A program made the translations under genes and the position numbers. 64,000 bases of DNA from a virus, in the IMG/VR virus record IMGVR_UViG_3300030451_003654, positions 1 through 64,000 of that record; one strand, 5' to 3'. Positions within the stretch are counted from its first letter, which is position 1. Each line of letters starts with the position of its first letter. The notes beneath the pieces were generated by a model, which worked only from the letters and a program-made list of their open reading frames with translations, was not told the origin of the DNA and ran no database searches. This document shows, piece after piece, positions 48,068 to 57,891 of this stretch.

Positions 48068-48379
48068 TCAAGAGTGTAAAACAAACATTTCAAGTCCTGT
48101 CCAATCATCACATTCAATTCTTAGACCACTTCTACAAAGAATACCATCAGTATAATGTTTTTGTTCTGATATATTTGCTAATAATCCTGCATCAAAACTA
48201 TATCTTGCTATTAAATTAGTAGTGCCTGTTCCTGTATTATCAGCATAAACTGAAATTACTCTTGTAGCACCTGCGGCTAATGCACCTGTTGGAGTTAAAA
48301 TAAAACCATTATAGACACATGGACTTGCTGATTGAACATTAGTATCGCCTGTTATTCTTGTACTTTGAATTCTTCCCAT
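48068..48379 (-). CDS. small virion structural protein (putative)
   Basis: Beta-rich, in the capsid/neck module. Confidence 0.55.
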   Translation of the reverse strand: MGRIQSTRITGDTNVQSASPCVYNGFILTPTGALAAGATRVISVYADNTGTGTTNLIARYSFDAGLLANISEQKHYTDGILCRSGLRIECDDWTGLEMFVLHS

Positions 48380-48406
48380 TGTAAAACACCTTCTCGGTAA
48401 AAGAAA

Positions 48407-48447
48407 TGAGAGAGGTCGCCACTAATAAAAGTAGCGACTCTCCCTCA
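48407..48447 (-). terminator. imperfect hairpin after the capsid gene cluster
   Basis: TGAGAGAGGTCGCCACT-loop-AGTAGCGACTCTCCCTCA inverted repeat, followed on the - strand by TTTCTTTT. Confidence 0.6.
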
Positions 48448-48469
48448 AATCAATTTTAGCATTTACTAA

Positions 48470-48808
48470 TTACTCTTCTTCATCAGATAGCAAAGAAATT
48501 AGTACAGATTTGTTATCAAAAGCCTTGTATTCAAGACCTCTTTCATCACAAAGAGCCTGTAATTCTTTCTTTGTTAGTGTAGATAAATCAACTACTTCAT
48601 CAACAACTTCAACTGTTTCTTCTACAACTTCTTCAATTGTTTCTTCCACAACTTCTACTGTTTCAGTATTTTCTTCACCTTCAATTTCCCAACCATCTGC
48701 ACCTGTTATTTTTAGAACCATCTGAGCATTTGCTTCTACCCAAACACCATTAGGAAACTCTCTTCCATAAAGGCGAGCAAAACCTAAAGTATATCTAATT
48801 CTTGGCAT
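48470..48808 (-). CDS. protein with acidic linker and C-terminal HeH/SAP-like domain
   Basis: DLSTLTKKELQALCDERGLEYKAFDNKSVLISLL; VEE repeats. Confidence 0.7.
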   Translation of the reverse strand: MPRIRYTLGFARLYGREFPNGVWVEANAQMVLKITGADGWEIEGEENTETVEVVEETIEEVVEETVEVVDEVVDLSTLTKKELQALCDERGLEYKAFDNKSVLISLLSDEEE

Positions 48809-48818
48809 TTAATTCACC

Positions 48819-49190
48819 TCAAATTTGTCCGTGTACTCTTACTCTAAGATTAGTATTAGTAATATCTGTATTATCAGCAGTAGCATTTGTTCCATCAAGA
48901 GAAGTAAAAGATAGTAAAAAACCATCTTTAACTATATTTACTCCATCCATTCTGTAATAACTACCATCACCTAATATCTTAGTGCTAACCAAATAATCAG
49001 CAGGTCTATTTGTTCCTAAAATATGTACTGCACTAACAGAAGATAATCCTAAACTGCTTAAAAGTATAGGTTCTCCACCATCTCCAACTGTATCTACTGC
49101 AATTAAAGCATCTACTACATATTCAGTTCCAACAACTCTCGGTGCATCAGAACCCAAATGGTCTGCAATTAATGTTATTGTATGTGCCAT
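48819..49190 (-). CDS. capsid decoration/minor head protein (putative)
   Basis: Directly downstream of the MCP gene; beta-rich. Confidence 0.55.
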   Translation of the reverse strand: MAHTITLIADHLGSDAPRVVGTEYVVDALIAVDTVGDGGEPILLSSLGLSSVSAVHILGTNRPADYLVSTKILGDGSYYRMDGVNIVKDGFLLSFTSLDGTNATADNTDITNTNLRVRVHGQI

Positions 49191-49220
49191 TTTTCATCAC
49201 CTATTAATTAATTAAAAACC

Positions 49221-50537
49221 TCAAGATAGGTTAGTAATCTTTCCTTGTGCTTTCAAGAATGTACAAACAACTTCACCAATGGTTCGGTACATACCCTTGT
49301 TTCTAAGTCCATCAACCGAGAATGGGTCGCCCGAATCAATACCTGTTTCAAAGTATTCAGTTGGCTTCAAAGTAGCAAAGTGAATATGGTCTGTATCAAG
49401 AATGAAAATATCACTCAATCCACTACCTGTTCCTGTGCTTCCCATTTCCTTACAAGGAATAATAGGAATGTCATGATAAGTAGCAACCTTAAATCCAACT
49501 TCTCTACCCTTTACACCTTTAATACCATTTACAGTAGGTAGTACTTCAGTTCTTCCCATGAATCTTTCTTGAGATTGTAGAAGTTCTCCCAATGCTTGAA
49601 TTGTATCATATCCTGTTAGAATAACCTTTGGAGAAGCACCACGAATTTGCAATTCTCTTAGAGCAGTATTTAGCAAGTTAAGAGTTAGTGGTCTTCTTGT
49701 TGTAGCATCAGCAGAAGAATCTACAAATGCACCCATCCAAGCATTATTAGCCGCAACTGTTCTATCTTTTCCATATAGAGTCTTCATTTCTGTTGGTAGA
49801 GCACCTGCAAATAGATTTCCGCCATCAGCAGCCTCTAATTCTGTCTTGTTAGTTACAATTTCATATAGAGATTTTAGGTTGTTTGTTCCAACATAATTTC
49901 CTGAACCATCAGTCTTAGATTCCAATGGAGTTAGAAGCATATGATTCATCATTTCAGCGTGTGTAACACCAACTTCTTCTCTATAAGCAGCCATAATATC
50001 ACCAATTCCATCATCAATCTTTGCCATTGCAGCAGCCAATTCAGAAACTTCAAATTGATGTGCAATAGTTTTAGGAGAAACATATAGTGTTTCATACTTT
50101 GGTGCAATTGGGGCAAATGCAGTTGCATCGTTAGTAGTAAATGATGCGTTTTCAGCAACACCACCAATCAAATCTTCTGTTAGAGAACCTTGATTTGTAC
50201 CACCTGTAATATTAAGAATATCTCCACTACCACCAATTGCTCTTTCAATCATGACTCTCCAGCCGCTTGACTGATATGGCTTCTTTGGTAGCATAGCGAA
50301 TGCATTAATTTCACGGTTTAGCATAGACCAAACTTTTTGTCCATATACTAAATTATATAGAGCCTGATTGCTTTGTGAAAATGCACCACTACTTGAATCA
50401 GTATGCAATCCTCTTGTTACTCCAACGCCTCCCGATTGTCCTGTTGATGCTTTCAAAAGACTATTACCACCAAAAGAACCGTAGGTTGCTCTTTCTAAAT
50501 CTGCTATTGTTCTAATTTTTAAACTCATATTTTTCAC
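49221..50537 (-). CDS. major capsid protein (HK97 fold)
   Basis: Follows the prohead protease; size and P-domain pattern (PKVILTG...TYHDIPIIP...IFILD) fit HK97-fold MCPs; likely start 50528. Confidence 0.88.
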   Translation of the reverse strand: MKNMSLKIRTIADLERATYGSFGGNSLLKASTGQSGGVGVTRGLHTDSSSGAFSQSNQALYNLVYGQKVWSMLNREINAFAMLPKKPYQSSGWRVMIERAIGGSGDILNITGGTNQGSLTEDLIGGVAENASFTTNDATAFAPIAPKYETLYVSPKTIAHQFEVSELAAAMAKIDDGIGDIMAAYREEVGVTHAEMMNHMLLTPLESKTDGSGNYVGTNNLKSLYEIVTNKTELEAADGGNLFAGALPTEMKTLYGKDRTVAANNAWMGAFVDSSADATTRRPLTLNLLNTALRELQIRGASPKVILTGYDTIQALGELLQSQERFMGRTEVLPTVNGIKGVKGREVGFKVATYHDIPIIPCKEMGSTGTGSGLSDIFILDTDHIHFATLKPTEYFETGIDSGDPFSVDGLRNKGMYRTIGEVVCTFLKAQGKITNLS

Positions 50538-50564
50538 TTCCTTTATTTTGTGATTCTAATAGAA

Positions 50565-51830
50565 TCAGCCTTGTACCTCACTAACAAGGTCATTTAATTC
50601 TTCCCAAGACATTTCACTAATATTGTCCATCTTTGCGATTACATCATCAGATAGTGTTGAGGTTGTTGTTGCTTGTGTAACTTGCTTTGCAATTACAGCA
50701 TTGTTTGATTCAAGAGATTTGCGAAGTTCAGCAAACTCGTTCTTTAGAGCAGCAACTTCAGCACTTGCATCATACTTTTCCTTAGCAATCATGTTTGCTT
50801 CAGCCTGTAATTCAGCATTGTATCTTGCTTCAAATTCATTCTTAATCAAATCATATGCTCTTGCTTCTTCCTTTTCAGCCTTAAATTGTGCATATGCCTT
50901 TGCGATGTTTTCTTCGCTTAGGTCAAGAGTATCAATACTATTACCCTTGCGAGCAATAAATTCACTATACTCAGCGTCAAATCTTCCTGTTAGGTTAGAT
51001 TCTCCCATTTTTTGTCCTGTTGCGTTGTGTCCATATACAGTAGATTCAGCCGCTTTTGCTTCCTTATCTTCTTCCATATTTTCTTCATCATCTTCAGCCT
51101 TGTAAGACATGGATTCTTCATCATCCATATTTTCTTCATCATCAGCCATATTTTCTTCATCCATAGCCATTTCTTCAACTTCGCTATCATCCTTCAAAAT
51201 CATTTGATTTCGTAGTTGAGCAACAATGTCTTCAAACTCGCCTAATGCTTTACTAATTTCATCAGTCATTTTTTCACTTCCTTTATTTTTATCTTCCTTT
51301 ACAATTTCAAATTTTGCTTCAGGGTTTATTCCCTCTTCACAAATTGTAATCTCATGGAGTTCCAATTTATCTATTTCTTTGTATGTACCAATATCAGGGT
51401 CATGGACATTATGCTTATGCATGGCTTGTCCACCAATACTAAAAGAGCGAAGTTTGCCTTTCCTAATATCTCTTGCAACCTCTTTCGCTTTTTCAATGTC
51501 GTTCCTCATTTTAATAACTACAAAGAATCCTGTATCATCGCAACCTGTCTTTAACAAATTACCTTTTGTGTCTGTGTAGGAATCAATTACTTCTCCTACT
51601 TGTACATTTGAATGAGTAATCATTACATTTTTATAATCACTCTTCATGAATTTTTCGGCTGCTTCGGCTAAAGCATCTAATGTAATTAGGTCGTTCTGTT
51701 TATCTACTACATCAACAGAAGCATATCCAGCGATAACCAAATCTTTTCCTGTTCCTTTTAGAATTGCTAATTCAGAACCTGAAGTATGATGATTACCTAA
51801 CCTAATAGGTTTAACCTGCAAAGAAGCCAT
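50565..51830 (-). CDS. HK97-family prohead protease fused to scaffold domain
   Basis: IAGYAS..VVDKQND, H(SNVQVGE), FSIGG, LHEITIC..GINPEA, then an acidic coiled-coil scaffold. Confidence 0.92.
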   Translation of the reverse strand: MASLQVKPIRLGNHHTSGSELAILKGTGKDLVIAGYASVDVVDKQNDLITLDALAEAAEKFMKSDYKNVMITHSNVQVGEVIDSYTDTKGNLLKTGCDDTGFFVVIKMRNDIEKAKEVARDIRKGKLRSFSIGGQAMHKHNVHDPDIGTYKEIDKLELHEITICEEGINPEAKFEIVKEDKNKGSEKMTDEISKALGEFEDIVAQLRNQMILKDDSEVEEMAMDEENMADDEENMDDEESMSYKAEDDEENMEEDKEAKAAESTVYGHNATGQKMGESNLTGRFDAEYSEFIARKGNSIDTLDLSEENIAKAYAQFKAEKEEARAYDLIKNEFEARYNAELQAEANMIAKEKYDASAEVAALKNEFAELRKSLESNNAVIAKQVTQATTTSTLSDDVIAKMDNISEMSWEELNDLVSEVQG

Positions 51831-51854
51831 TGGTATATATTTTGTTTTTACAAG

Positions 51855-51862
51855 TATATAAA
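51855..51862 (-). promoter_or_regulatory. archaeal TATA box (TTTATATA) of a probable leaderless late promoter for the protease-MCP operon
   Basis: TTTATATA lies 25-32 nt upstream of the ATG at 51830, with no RBS between. Confidence 0.6.
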
Positions 51863-51871
51863 GGATAACCC

Positions 51872-54379
51872 TTATTCGTTAGAAAATGTAATACTTCTAT
51901 ATTTATCTTGATTAATATCCCATAACCCTTCATCACTATCTTTATCAGTTGGTTTAGTTTCATAACCTGTCCATGCTACCCACTTATCTTCATTCATTAT
52001 TGGTACTACTCTAATATGAAATTTACCTTGATACATTTTACCATCTAATATATACTCATGATAACCATCTCTTTGAGCACCTAATTCTATTTTCCCTTCA
52101 TCTAACATTTTATGTTTATCAGGTTCTTCATCTATTTCGGCTAAATATTTTGTAGCCTTACCAAACAATTCATAAATATCTTCAGTATTTTCTTGTTCTA
52201 TTCTCCAACTAAATGTTTTACCCTTAGCAGTATAAATAAAATTTAAATCACCATCTTCTCTTTTCCATACCTCGTATGTATCTGAATCTTTTTCTTCATC
52301 TTTTTTTATAAAATCAGATTCAGGTAATTTAACTAATGTTTTTTCATCATGGTAGAATGTCTTTCTATTACTATTATATAATACACCAAAGGCTTCTCCT
52401 CTTTCTTTAATAAAATTAAATAATCCTTTTTCTAAATTAGTATCAGCAAATACTCTTTTAATTATATCAGGTGCTTTTTGTTTTACCTTTCTAATTAAAT
52501 CTACTTTACTAATCTCACCTTCATTAACTATTTCAGAAACAATTGACATTAACTTACCGCTATCTTTTTTGTATATAGAAGTTAATTCGTCTTTCCATAA
52601 ATCAATATCTATCATAGCATTTTTAGCCATTAGATTATCTTGATAAAATCCTGATAATACAAACCCATCGGTATCAAGAGTAGTATTTAATTCTACTACA
52701 CCATGTATATTATCTGTAATTGAATATGATTTTTTAAGTGCTTCTATATTATAATCTGATGCTGATTTTTTATTATCCTTTGATAAAAATTCTAAAGTAA
52801 TAATTTTTTCAGGTTCTGTAACTTCAGGCTTTTCAATAACCTTAGCACTATATACTGAAAATCCTGTCTTTGTTTTCTTTACTTCATCAACCTTAACTCT
52901 TATAATTTTACCAACTTCTGATTTAATTTTAGTATTAAGTGCTTTACCTACAACTAAGTAATCTCTTTTATCATGTCTTTTTACAGGTTTAACTTCTTCA
53001 TCGCCAATTGGACCTGCACCTAATGTATAACTAAATGTACCATTTTTATTTTTTCTTACTTCTAATACAAGTAAATCTAAATCTACAAACTTTTTCCATT
53101 TAACCCATTTAGGATTTTTCTTCTTCCCTACAATGTATGAGGACTTAGCATCTTTAATCATCACACCTTCTGATGTAGGATTATTCATAATTTCTTTAGC
53201 ATACTCTTCTATTTCTTCTAAGGAGTCAGCCATTCTTGTATTAGATTTACTTGGGAATTGTAGGTATTTATCTGATAACTTAGTAAATTCTCCCATTAGT
53301 AATTTTAATCTTTCTTCAAGTTTATTTTTCCAAATGTGTTCTCCATTTAATCTTAGAATATCAAATACATGAACCCTTAACTCATAATTACTATCATTAT
53401 TTTTTGAATTAATAAATGATATTGTATCGGCTCTATGTAGTGGTTCATCATCTTCATACAAAACAACCTCAGCATCTAATATACATTTAGGGAAATCTTC
53501 GTCTTGCATAATTTTAATTTGTTTATCAAACTTACCTGTAATATCTCTATTATTAAATGAATATACTTTAATTTCTTTTGTTTTATGTATTTGTATTCTC
53601 ATACCGTCATACTTTTCCTGTACTACATATTCTCCTGTAAAACCTTTTATTTCTTTCATATCATCTATTTCAAAAATACGGTACATAGGTTTGTTAGGTA
53701 CAATAAATTCATTTAAAGTATCTTTATCTTCTTTTAAAATTCTTTTAGTATCAGTTAATTCTTGCCATTCAGCAGGACTATGTTCACTTGTATATACTTC
53801 ATACAATAATTCTCTTGCCGCTTGCATTTTAGATTTTAACCTTTTAACATTTACTTCTTCACCATAGTTTTCTTGTAGCCATTCATAGATTTCTCCATCT
53901 GTTAAATCTAAACCTACAAATCCTTCAGTAAATGTATCTTCTAATTTACCAAAATCTTTCCAATTATCTAATGCACCACGACCTGTTCTATATACCCAAT
54001 GTAAAAATATAGCATATAGTTGTTTATTCTCTAATAACTTCTTAGGTAATTCTGAACCATACTTTTTTCTGAATGGGTCTTTAGAGAAAGACTTTTCATC
54101 TTGTATTGTTTTTAGATTTTCATAAATTCTTTTAGCCTTTGCACCTTGCGGGTCTTTAGATTCTTGGCTAAATAATAATGTTTCAGACATTTTATCTCTA
54201 AGTAAATCACCAATTGGTTGAGGACTATCCCAACTTTGTTGTATTTCTTCTACAACAGTTTCCCATTCATCTTTGTAATCTTTTGGTCTTTCTCTCGCAC
54301 TTAAATATGCTACTCTTACTTTATCATAAAGTAGCCTTAAAGACCTTGATAAAGGGTCTATTCTTCCCGCAACAGGCAT
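51872..54379 (-). CDS. multidomain protein containing a second ATP-dependent DNA ligase domain, in the head module
   Basis: QEKYDGMR, LDAE, VFDIL, EGVMIK, WVKWKK and an OB domain; extra N-terminal helical domain; C-terminal region reminiscent of the LigD phosphoesterase fold. Confidence 0.85.
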   Translation of the reverse strand: MPVAGRIDPLSRSLRLLYDKVRVAYLSARERPKDYKDEWETVVEEIQQSWDSPQPIGDLLRDKMSETLLFSQESKDPQGAKAKRIYENLKTIQDEKSFSKDPFRKKYGSELPKKLLENKQLYAIFLHWVYRTGRGALDNWKDFGKLEDTFTEGFVGLDLTDGEIYEWLQENYGEEVNVKRLKSKMQAARELLYEVYTSEHSPAEWQELTDTKRILKEDKDTLNEFIVPNKPMYRIFEIDDMKEIKGFTGEYVVQEKYDGMRIQIHKTKEIKVYSFNNRDITGKFDKQIKIMQDEDFPKCILDAEVVLYEDDEPLHRADTISFINSKNNDSNYELRVHVFDILRLNGEHIWKNKLEERLKLLMGEFTKLSDKYLQFPSKSNTRMADSLEEIEEYAKEIMNNPTSEGVMIKDAKSSYIVGKKKNPKWVKWKKFVDLDLLVLEVRKNKNGTFSYTLGAGPIGDEEVKPVKRHDKRDYLVVGKALNTKIKSEVGKIIRVKVDEVKKTKTGFSVYSAKVIEKPEVTEPEKIITLEFLSKDNKKSASDYNIEALKKSYSITDNIHGVVELNTTLDTDGFVLSGFYQDNLMAKNAMIDIDLWKDELTSIYKKDSGKLMSIVSEIVNEGEISKVDLIRKVKQKAPDIIKRVFADTNLEKGLFNFIKERGEAFGVLYNSNRKTFYHDEKTLVKLPESDFIKKDEEKDSDTYEVWKREDGDLNFIYTAKGKTFSWRIEQENTEDIYELFGKATKYLAEIDEEPDKHKMLDEGKIELGAQRDGYHEYILDGKMYQGKFHIRVVPIMNEDKWVAWTGYETKPTDKDSDEGLWDINQDKYRSITFSNE

Positions 54380-54387
54380 TTAAACAC

Positions 54388-54936
54388 CTACTTCATATCA
54401 TTAGGTTTTAATGCCGTAGGGGAATCTACTCTTGTAGTATCTAAAAACTTTTCAAGTTGTGCAGTAACTTCTTGTAATTTTCTTAAAAGTGCTTTACCTT
54501 CAGAAGTACTCATAGGATTCATAGCCTTTCTTTCTTCAGTTAAATCATCTTTTATTTCACTTGCTGCTAAAGCCCCACCTGCTAATGCTAATTGAGGAAC
54601 AAGATTTTCAATGTTATCATCTTCATCTTCCTTTGAAATAGAATCTCCTGTAAAATCTCTTGATGGTACTCTTCTATTAGGTACAAATCCTTTAGAAATA
54701 GTTTGTTCAATAGGCTTTGCAGTTAATCTAACTACATCTACTTTCTGTCCTTTCTTTTGGCTTGGCGTTGTAGGTTTTACATTAGGGTCAATATTACTTC
54801 CTAAATGATTAGAAAGTAGATTTGCTAATTCTACTAATTGTGTAATTACTGCCGTTGTTCTATCATCTTCATGTGAATGAACCGCAAAGTCCATTGTTAC
54901 ATCTGTTTCAGGTTTCCAATCCATTTTACTCACCAC
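54388..54936 (-). CDS. hypothetical head-module protein
   Basis: Coupled ORF, low complexity. Confidence 0.65.
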   Translation of the reverse strand: MVSKMDWKPETDVTMDFAVHSHEDDRTTAVITQLVELANLLSNHLGSNIDPNVKPTTPSQKKGQKVDVVRLTAKPIEQTISKGFVPNRRVPSRDFTGDSISKEDEDDNIENLVPQLALAGGALAASEIKDDLTEERKAMNPMSTSEGKALLRKLQEVTAQLEKFLDTTRVDSPTALKPNDMK

Positions 54937-55153
54937 TCATTTTTACTACTAATTCGTCTATTTCCTTCCAATCCATCTTTGCAATTGTATCAGCACTTGG
55001 TACTCTACTTGCTGTTTGAATTGATGGTTTCATTCCTTCTACTTTAACAAGACCTGACTTTAGTAAAACATTATCAGCATTAAATACTGTTGTTTCTAAG
55101 GTCTTGATTCTATCTACTAATTCTTTTAATAATAATGTTAATTCTTCATCCAT
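54926..55153 (-). CDS. 75-aa coiled-coil protein with scaffold-like C-terminal motif
   Basis: Ends TIAKMDWKEIDELV, similar to the scaffold C-terminus. Confidence 0.7.
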   Translation of the reverse strand: MDEELTLLLKELVDRIKTLETTVFNADNVLLKSGLVKVEGMKPSIQTASRVPSADTIAKMDWKEIDELVVKMSGE

Positions 55154-55155
55154 TT

Positions 55156-57669
55156 TTACTCACCGCTTTTTGGGTATATCATTTCTCTTAATTCTCTATA
55201 CAATTTTTCATAATCCTTGCGTAATCTTGTCGCTAATTTTACTACTTTAATATTCTCATCATCTAACCTAAGAACCTTCTTGTTTAGTTTCTTATCTCCC
55301 TTAACAACACCTAATGTCCTTAATAATCTGATGAGTTCTGACAACTTAAGGAAATCATGCCCGAAGTATTCTGTGGGGTCGGCAATATTTAAAATTGCCT
55401 TTATTTTCTTCTTTTGTCTTTTGTTTAGAGATTCTAATATAATACCTACATCTTCTTTAATAAGAATGTCATCCTCTTCTCCCAATACTAATAATAAATT
55501 ATCAAGAGATTTTTTAGTTTCTTCTAAATTTTTGTATATTCCAGGTTTATATCTAACATATTTTGTTCTTTCATATGTCTTAGGTTTTCCTTTTTTGTCA
55601 CGAACAATACCCATATTATTACGCTGTGTTTCTGTAACTTTTTGTTTTCTCCAACCTACCATTCTATGAATTTCCTCATCTGTATATTTTCTTGTACCAT
55701 CTGTATTTTTAATACGCCTCAATCTTATAGTTTCTTTATCTACCCATGCATATAATTTTTTACCTGCTTCTTTTGGTTCAACTTCTTGAGTTACTAAATT
55801 TACTTTTTTACCTGCTTCTTGTTGTGTTGGTAATGCGCTTGGTGCTATTTTACTTGGCTTTAAAAACTCTACATCAATTTCAGTATCAACTCTAAGTAAT
55901 CTTCTTAGAATAGTAGAAGATTTATACAATTCCATAAAAGTAGTAATAATATATGAAAGGATAGTTTCTCCGTAAATTTCTTCACTTAACATTTTAGTAA
56001 TATTTTCTTCTATTACTTTTAATTCATCAGCATCTCTACCTTTATATTTAGTACTCAATCCTTCTCCTTTGGCAATATCTATTAAATCTTCAATGACAGA
56101 CCTAACTTCGCTTGAATTACCATAAGCCTTCAAGATTTTACTAAATCTTGGACCTAATCTAAATTTAATTTTATTATCTGAATCAATTACCACACCCTTT
56201 CTAACAGCATTAACTAATTTAGGAAGAATATCATTCTCAAACATTCTTAATTTAGCAAAATCTCCAACCTTTGTATCTGATTTACTTCTCATTAATCCAT
56301 CTCTAATACCTTGTAAAAAGTATGCAAAGTCTTCTTCAGATGTATTAGAATCTACAATATAATCATCCCAAACATCATTAAATAGAGTTACAAGATTATT
56401 AATTGTATTCTTTTTACCTGTAATAAGTTGAGGATATTCAGGTAAAATATCAGCAATTTTTTCTATATATTTATATTTACTTCTTTCAGATAGTTTTACC
56501 CAATTTTGATATGACTTAGAATAACCCATTTTCTTTAACCAATATTCTCCAATAGGTCTAAGATATTGATTATTAAACCATGTATCTCTTGTTAAATCAA
56601 TAGTTTCAAATCCTTTAAAGAAATCTACATTAGATATATTTCTTGAATCTCCCGTACCAAAATTAATTCTAATACTTGTTTGTCTTGATTTATCTCTCGA
56701 TGTATTAAATTTAGAATCTTGTCCTATTTCCATACCTTTTTCTTTTGCTTCAATTTGTGAAGGAGAAATATTTACATTTCTTCCTACCTGTCTATTTTTT
56801 ATATCTTTTTCTAACTCAACCTTAATTTCTTCTAAGGCTTCTCTATCTTCATCAGATATTTCTTTTTCATTTAAAAATTTCTGTAATCTAAGTAAAGATT
56901 CTTTAGTAGGGCTATATAGAGAACCAACTAAATTTAATAAATCCATAAAACTTTTGTAACTTTCTTCTCTATTAGCCGCATTTTTAATCCATTCGTCTAA
57001 TAATTTTTGACCTTCAGTTTTTGCTGCTTCTTCTTCAGCCCTTTGTTTTTCTTGTTCAAGTTTTCTTGCGGCAGTTGCTAATGCTGCTCTATCTAACTTA
57101 ACTTTATCTTCTTTATCTTTTATTTTTTGCTGTTTCTTTCTTTCCTTTGCCTGTTCTCTACGGGCAATATTAAGATTCTTTTCATATTCAGCAATTTGCA
57201 TTTTAATATCTTTAAGAGATTCTTCAGGATGTTTTTGTTGTAAATATTCAAGCATTACCTTTTCTTCTTCTTTACCATCAGGATATTTTTTAATTAATTC
57301 AGGTTTTAGGTTTTCTTTTATTTCATTAGCAAGAGCCTCACCTCTTTTTTCCTGTCCACCTATATATGTTAATCTACCATTAACCATTTGTTTTTCAGGA
57401 TGTTTTTCTAATATTTCCTTCTTCTTTTCTTCAAAGTATGAATCTAAAATTGTAGGATATTGGAAAGATATAAAAGAAACTTTATCATCGTTAAATTGTT
57501 TCAATTGGATAATTAATCTTGTATCAAGAGAAACATCTCTTAACAATTTTTTAACTTCTTCTTCTGTAATAGCCTTAGTAATATAATCACTATCTACTAA
57601 AGCGTAGAAAAGTCTTTGATAAAGACTCTTATGTAAATTATAAACTAAGACGGATGATTGCATAATCAA
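55156..57669 (-). CDS. large helical protein in the head module (possible internal/ejection protein)
   Basis: 837-aa ORF between portal and ligase-domain gene; coiled coils. Confidence 0.7.
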   Translation of the reverse strand: MIMQSSVLVYNLHKSLYQRLFYALVDSDYITKAITEEEVKKLLRDVSLDTRLIIQLKQFNDDKVSFISFQYPTILDSYFEEKKKEILEKHPEKQMVNGRLTYIGGQEKRGEALANEIKENLKPELIKKYPDGKEEEKVMLEYLQQKHPEESLKDIKMQIAEYEKNLNIARREQAKERKKQQKIKDKEDKVKLDRAALATAARKLEQEKQRAEEEAAKTEGQKLLDEWIKNAANREESYKSFMDLLNLVGSLYSPTKESLLRLQKFLNEKEISDEDREALEEIKVELEKDIKNRQVGRNVNISPSQIEAKEKGMEIGQDSKFNTSRDKSRQTSIRINFGTGDSRNISNVDFFKGFETIDLTRDTWFNNQYLRPIGEYWLKKMGYSKSYQNWVKLSERSKYKYIEKIADILPEYPQLITGKKNTINNLVTLFNDVWDDYIVDSNTSEEDFAYFLQGIRDGLMRSKSDTKVGDFAKLRMFENDILPKLVNAVRKGVVIDSDNKIKFRLGPRFSKILKAYGNSSEVRSVIEDLIDIAKGEGLSTKYKGRDADELKVIEENITKMLSEEIYGETILSYIITTFMELYKSSTILRRLLRVDTEIDVEFLKPSKIAPSALPTQQEAGKKVNLVTQEVEPKEAGKKLYAWVDKETIRLRRIKNTDGTRKYTDEEIHRMVGWRKQKVTETQRNNMGIVRDKKGKPKTYERTKYVRYKPGIYKNLEETKKSLDNLLLVLGEEDDILIKEDVGIILESLNKRQKKKIKAILNIADPTEYFGHDFLKLSELIRLLRTLGVVKGDKKLNKKVLRLDDENIKVVKLATRLRKDYEKLYRELREMIYPKSGE

Positions 57670-57888
57670 ACTTCCTTCATCTTCTTGTTTATTTTTGGAC
57701 CGCCTGTAATAAATCCTGGAATTGATTGTTCATTAATTCCTTTATTTACGGGTGGGTGTTCATGAACCCCTGCTGGAACTGTATTTACAGTTTGCTTTTC
57801 CGCTTTAGGTTCTTGATTAACCTTCTTTCTAAGATTATCAATTTTTGCTCTTGCTTCTTCTAATTTTCTATTAATTATATTATTATTC
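57666..57888 (-). CDS. small basic protein downstream of portal
   Basis: 3' part of ORF 57666..57980; the MNNNIINRKL start just after the portal stop is more plausible (start coordinate approximate). Confidence 0.55.
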
Positions 57889-57891
57889 ATT

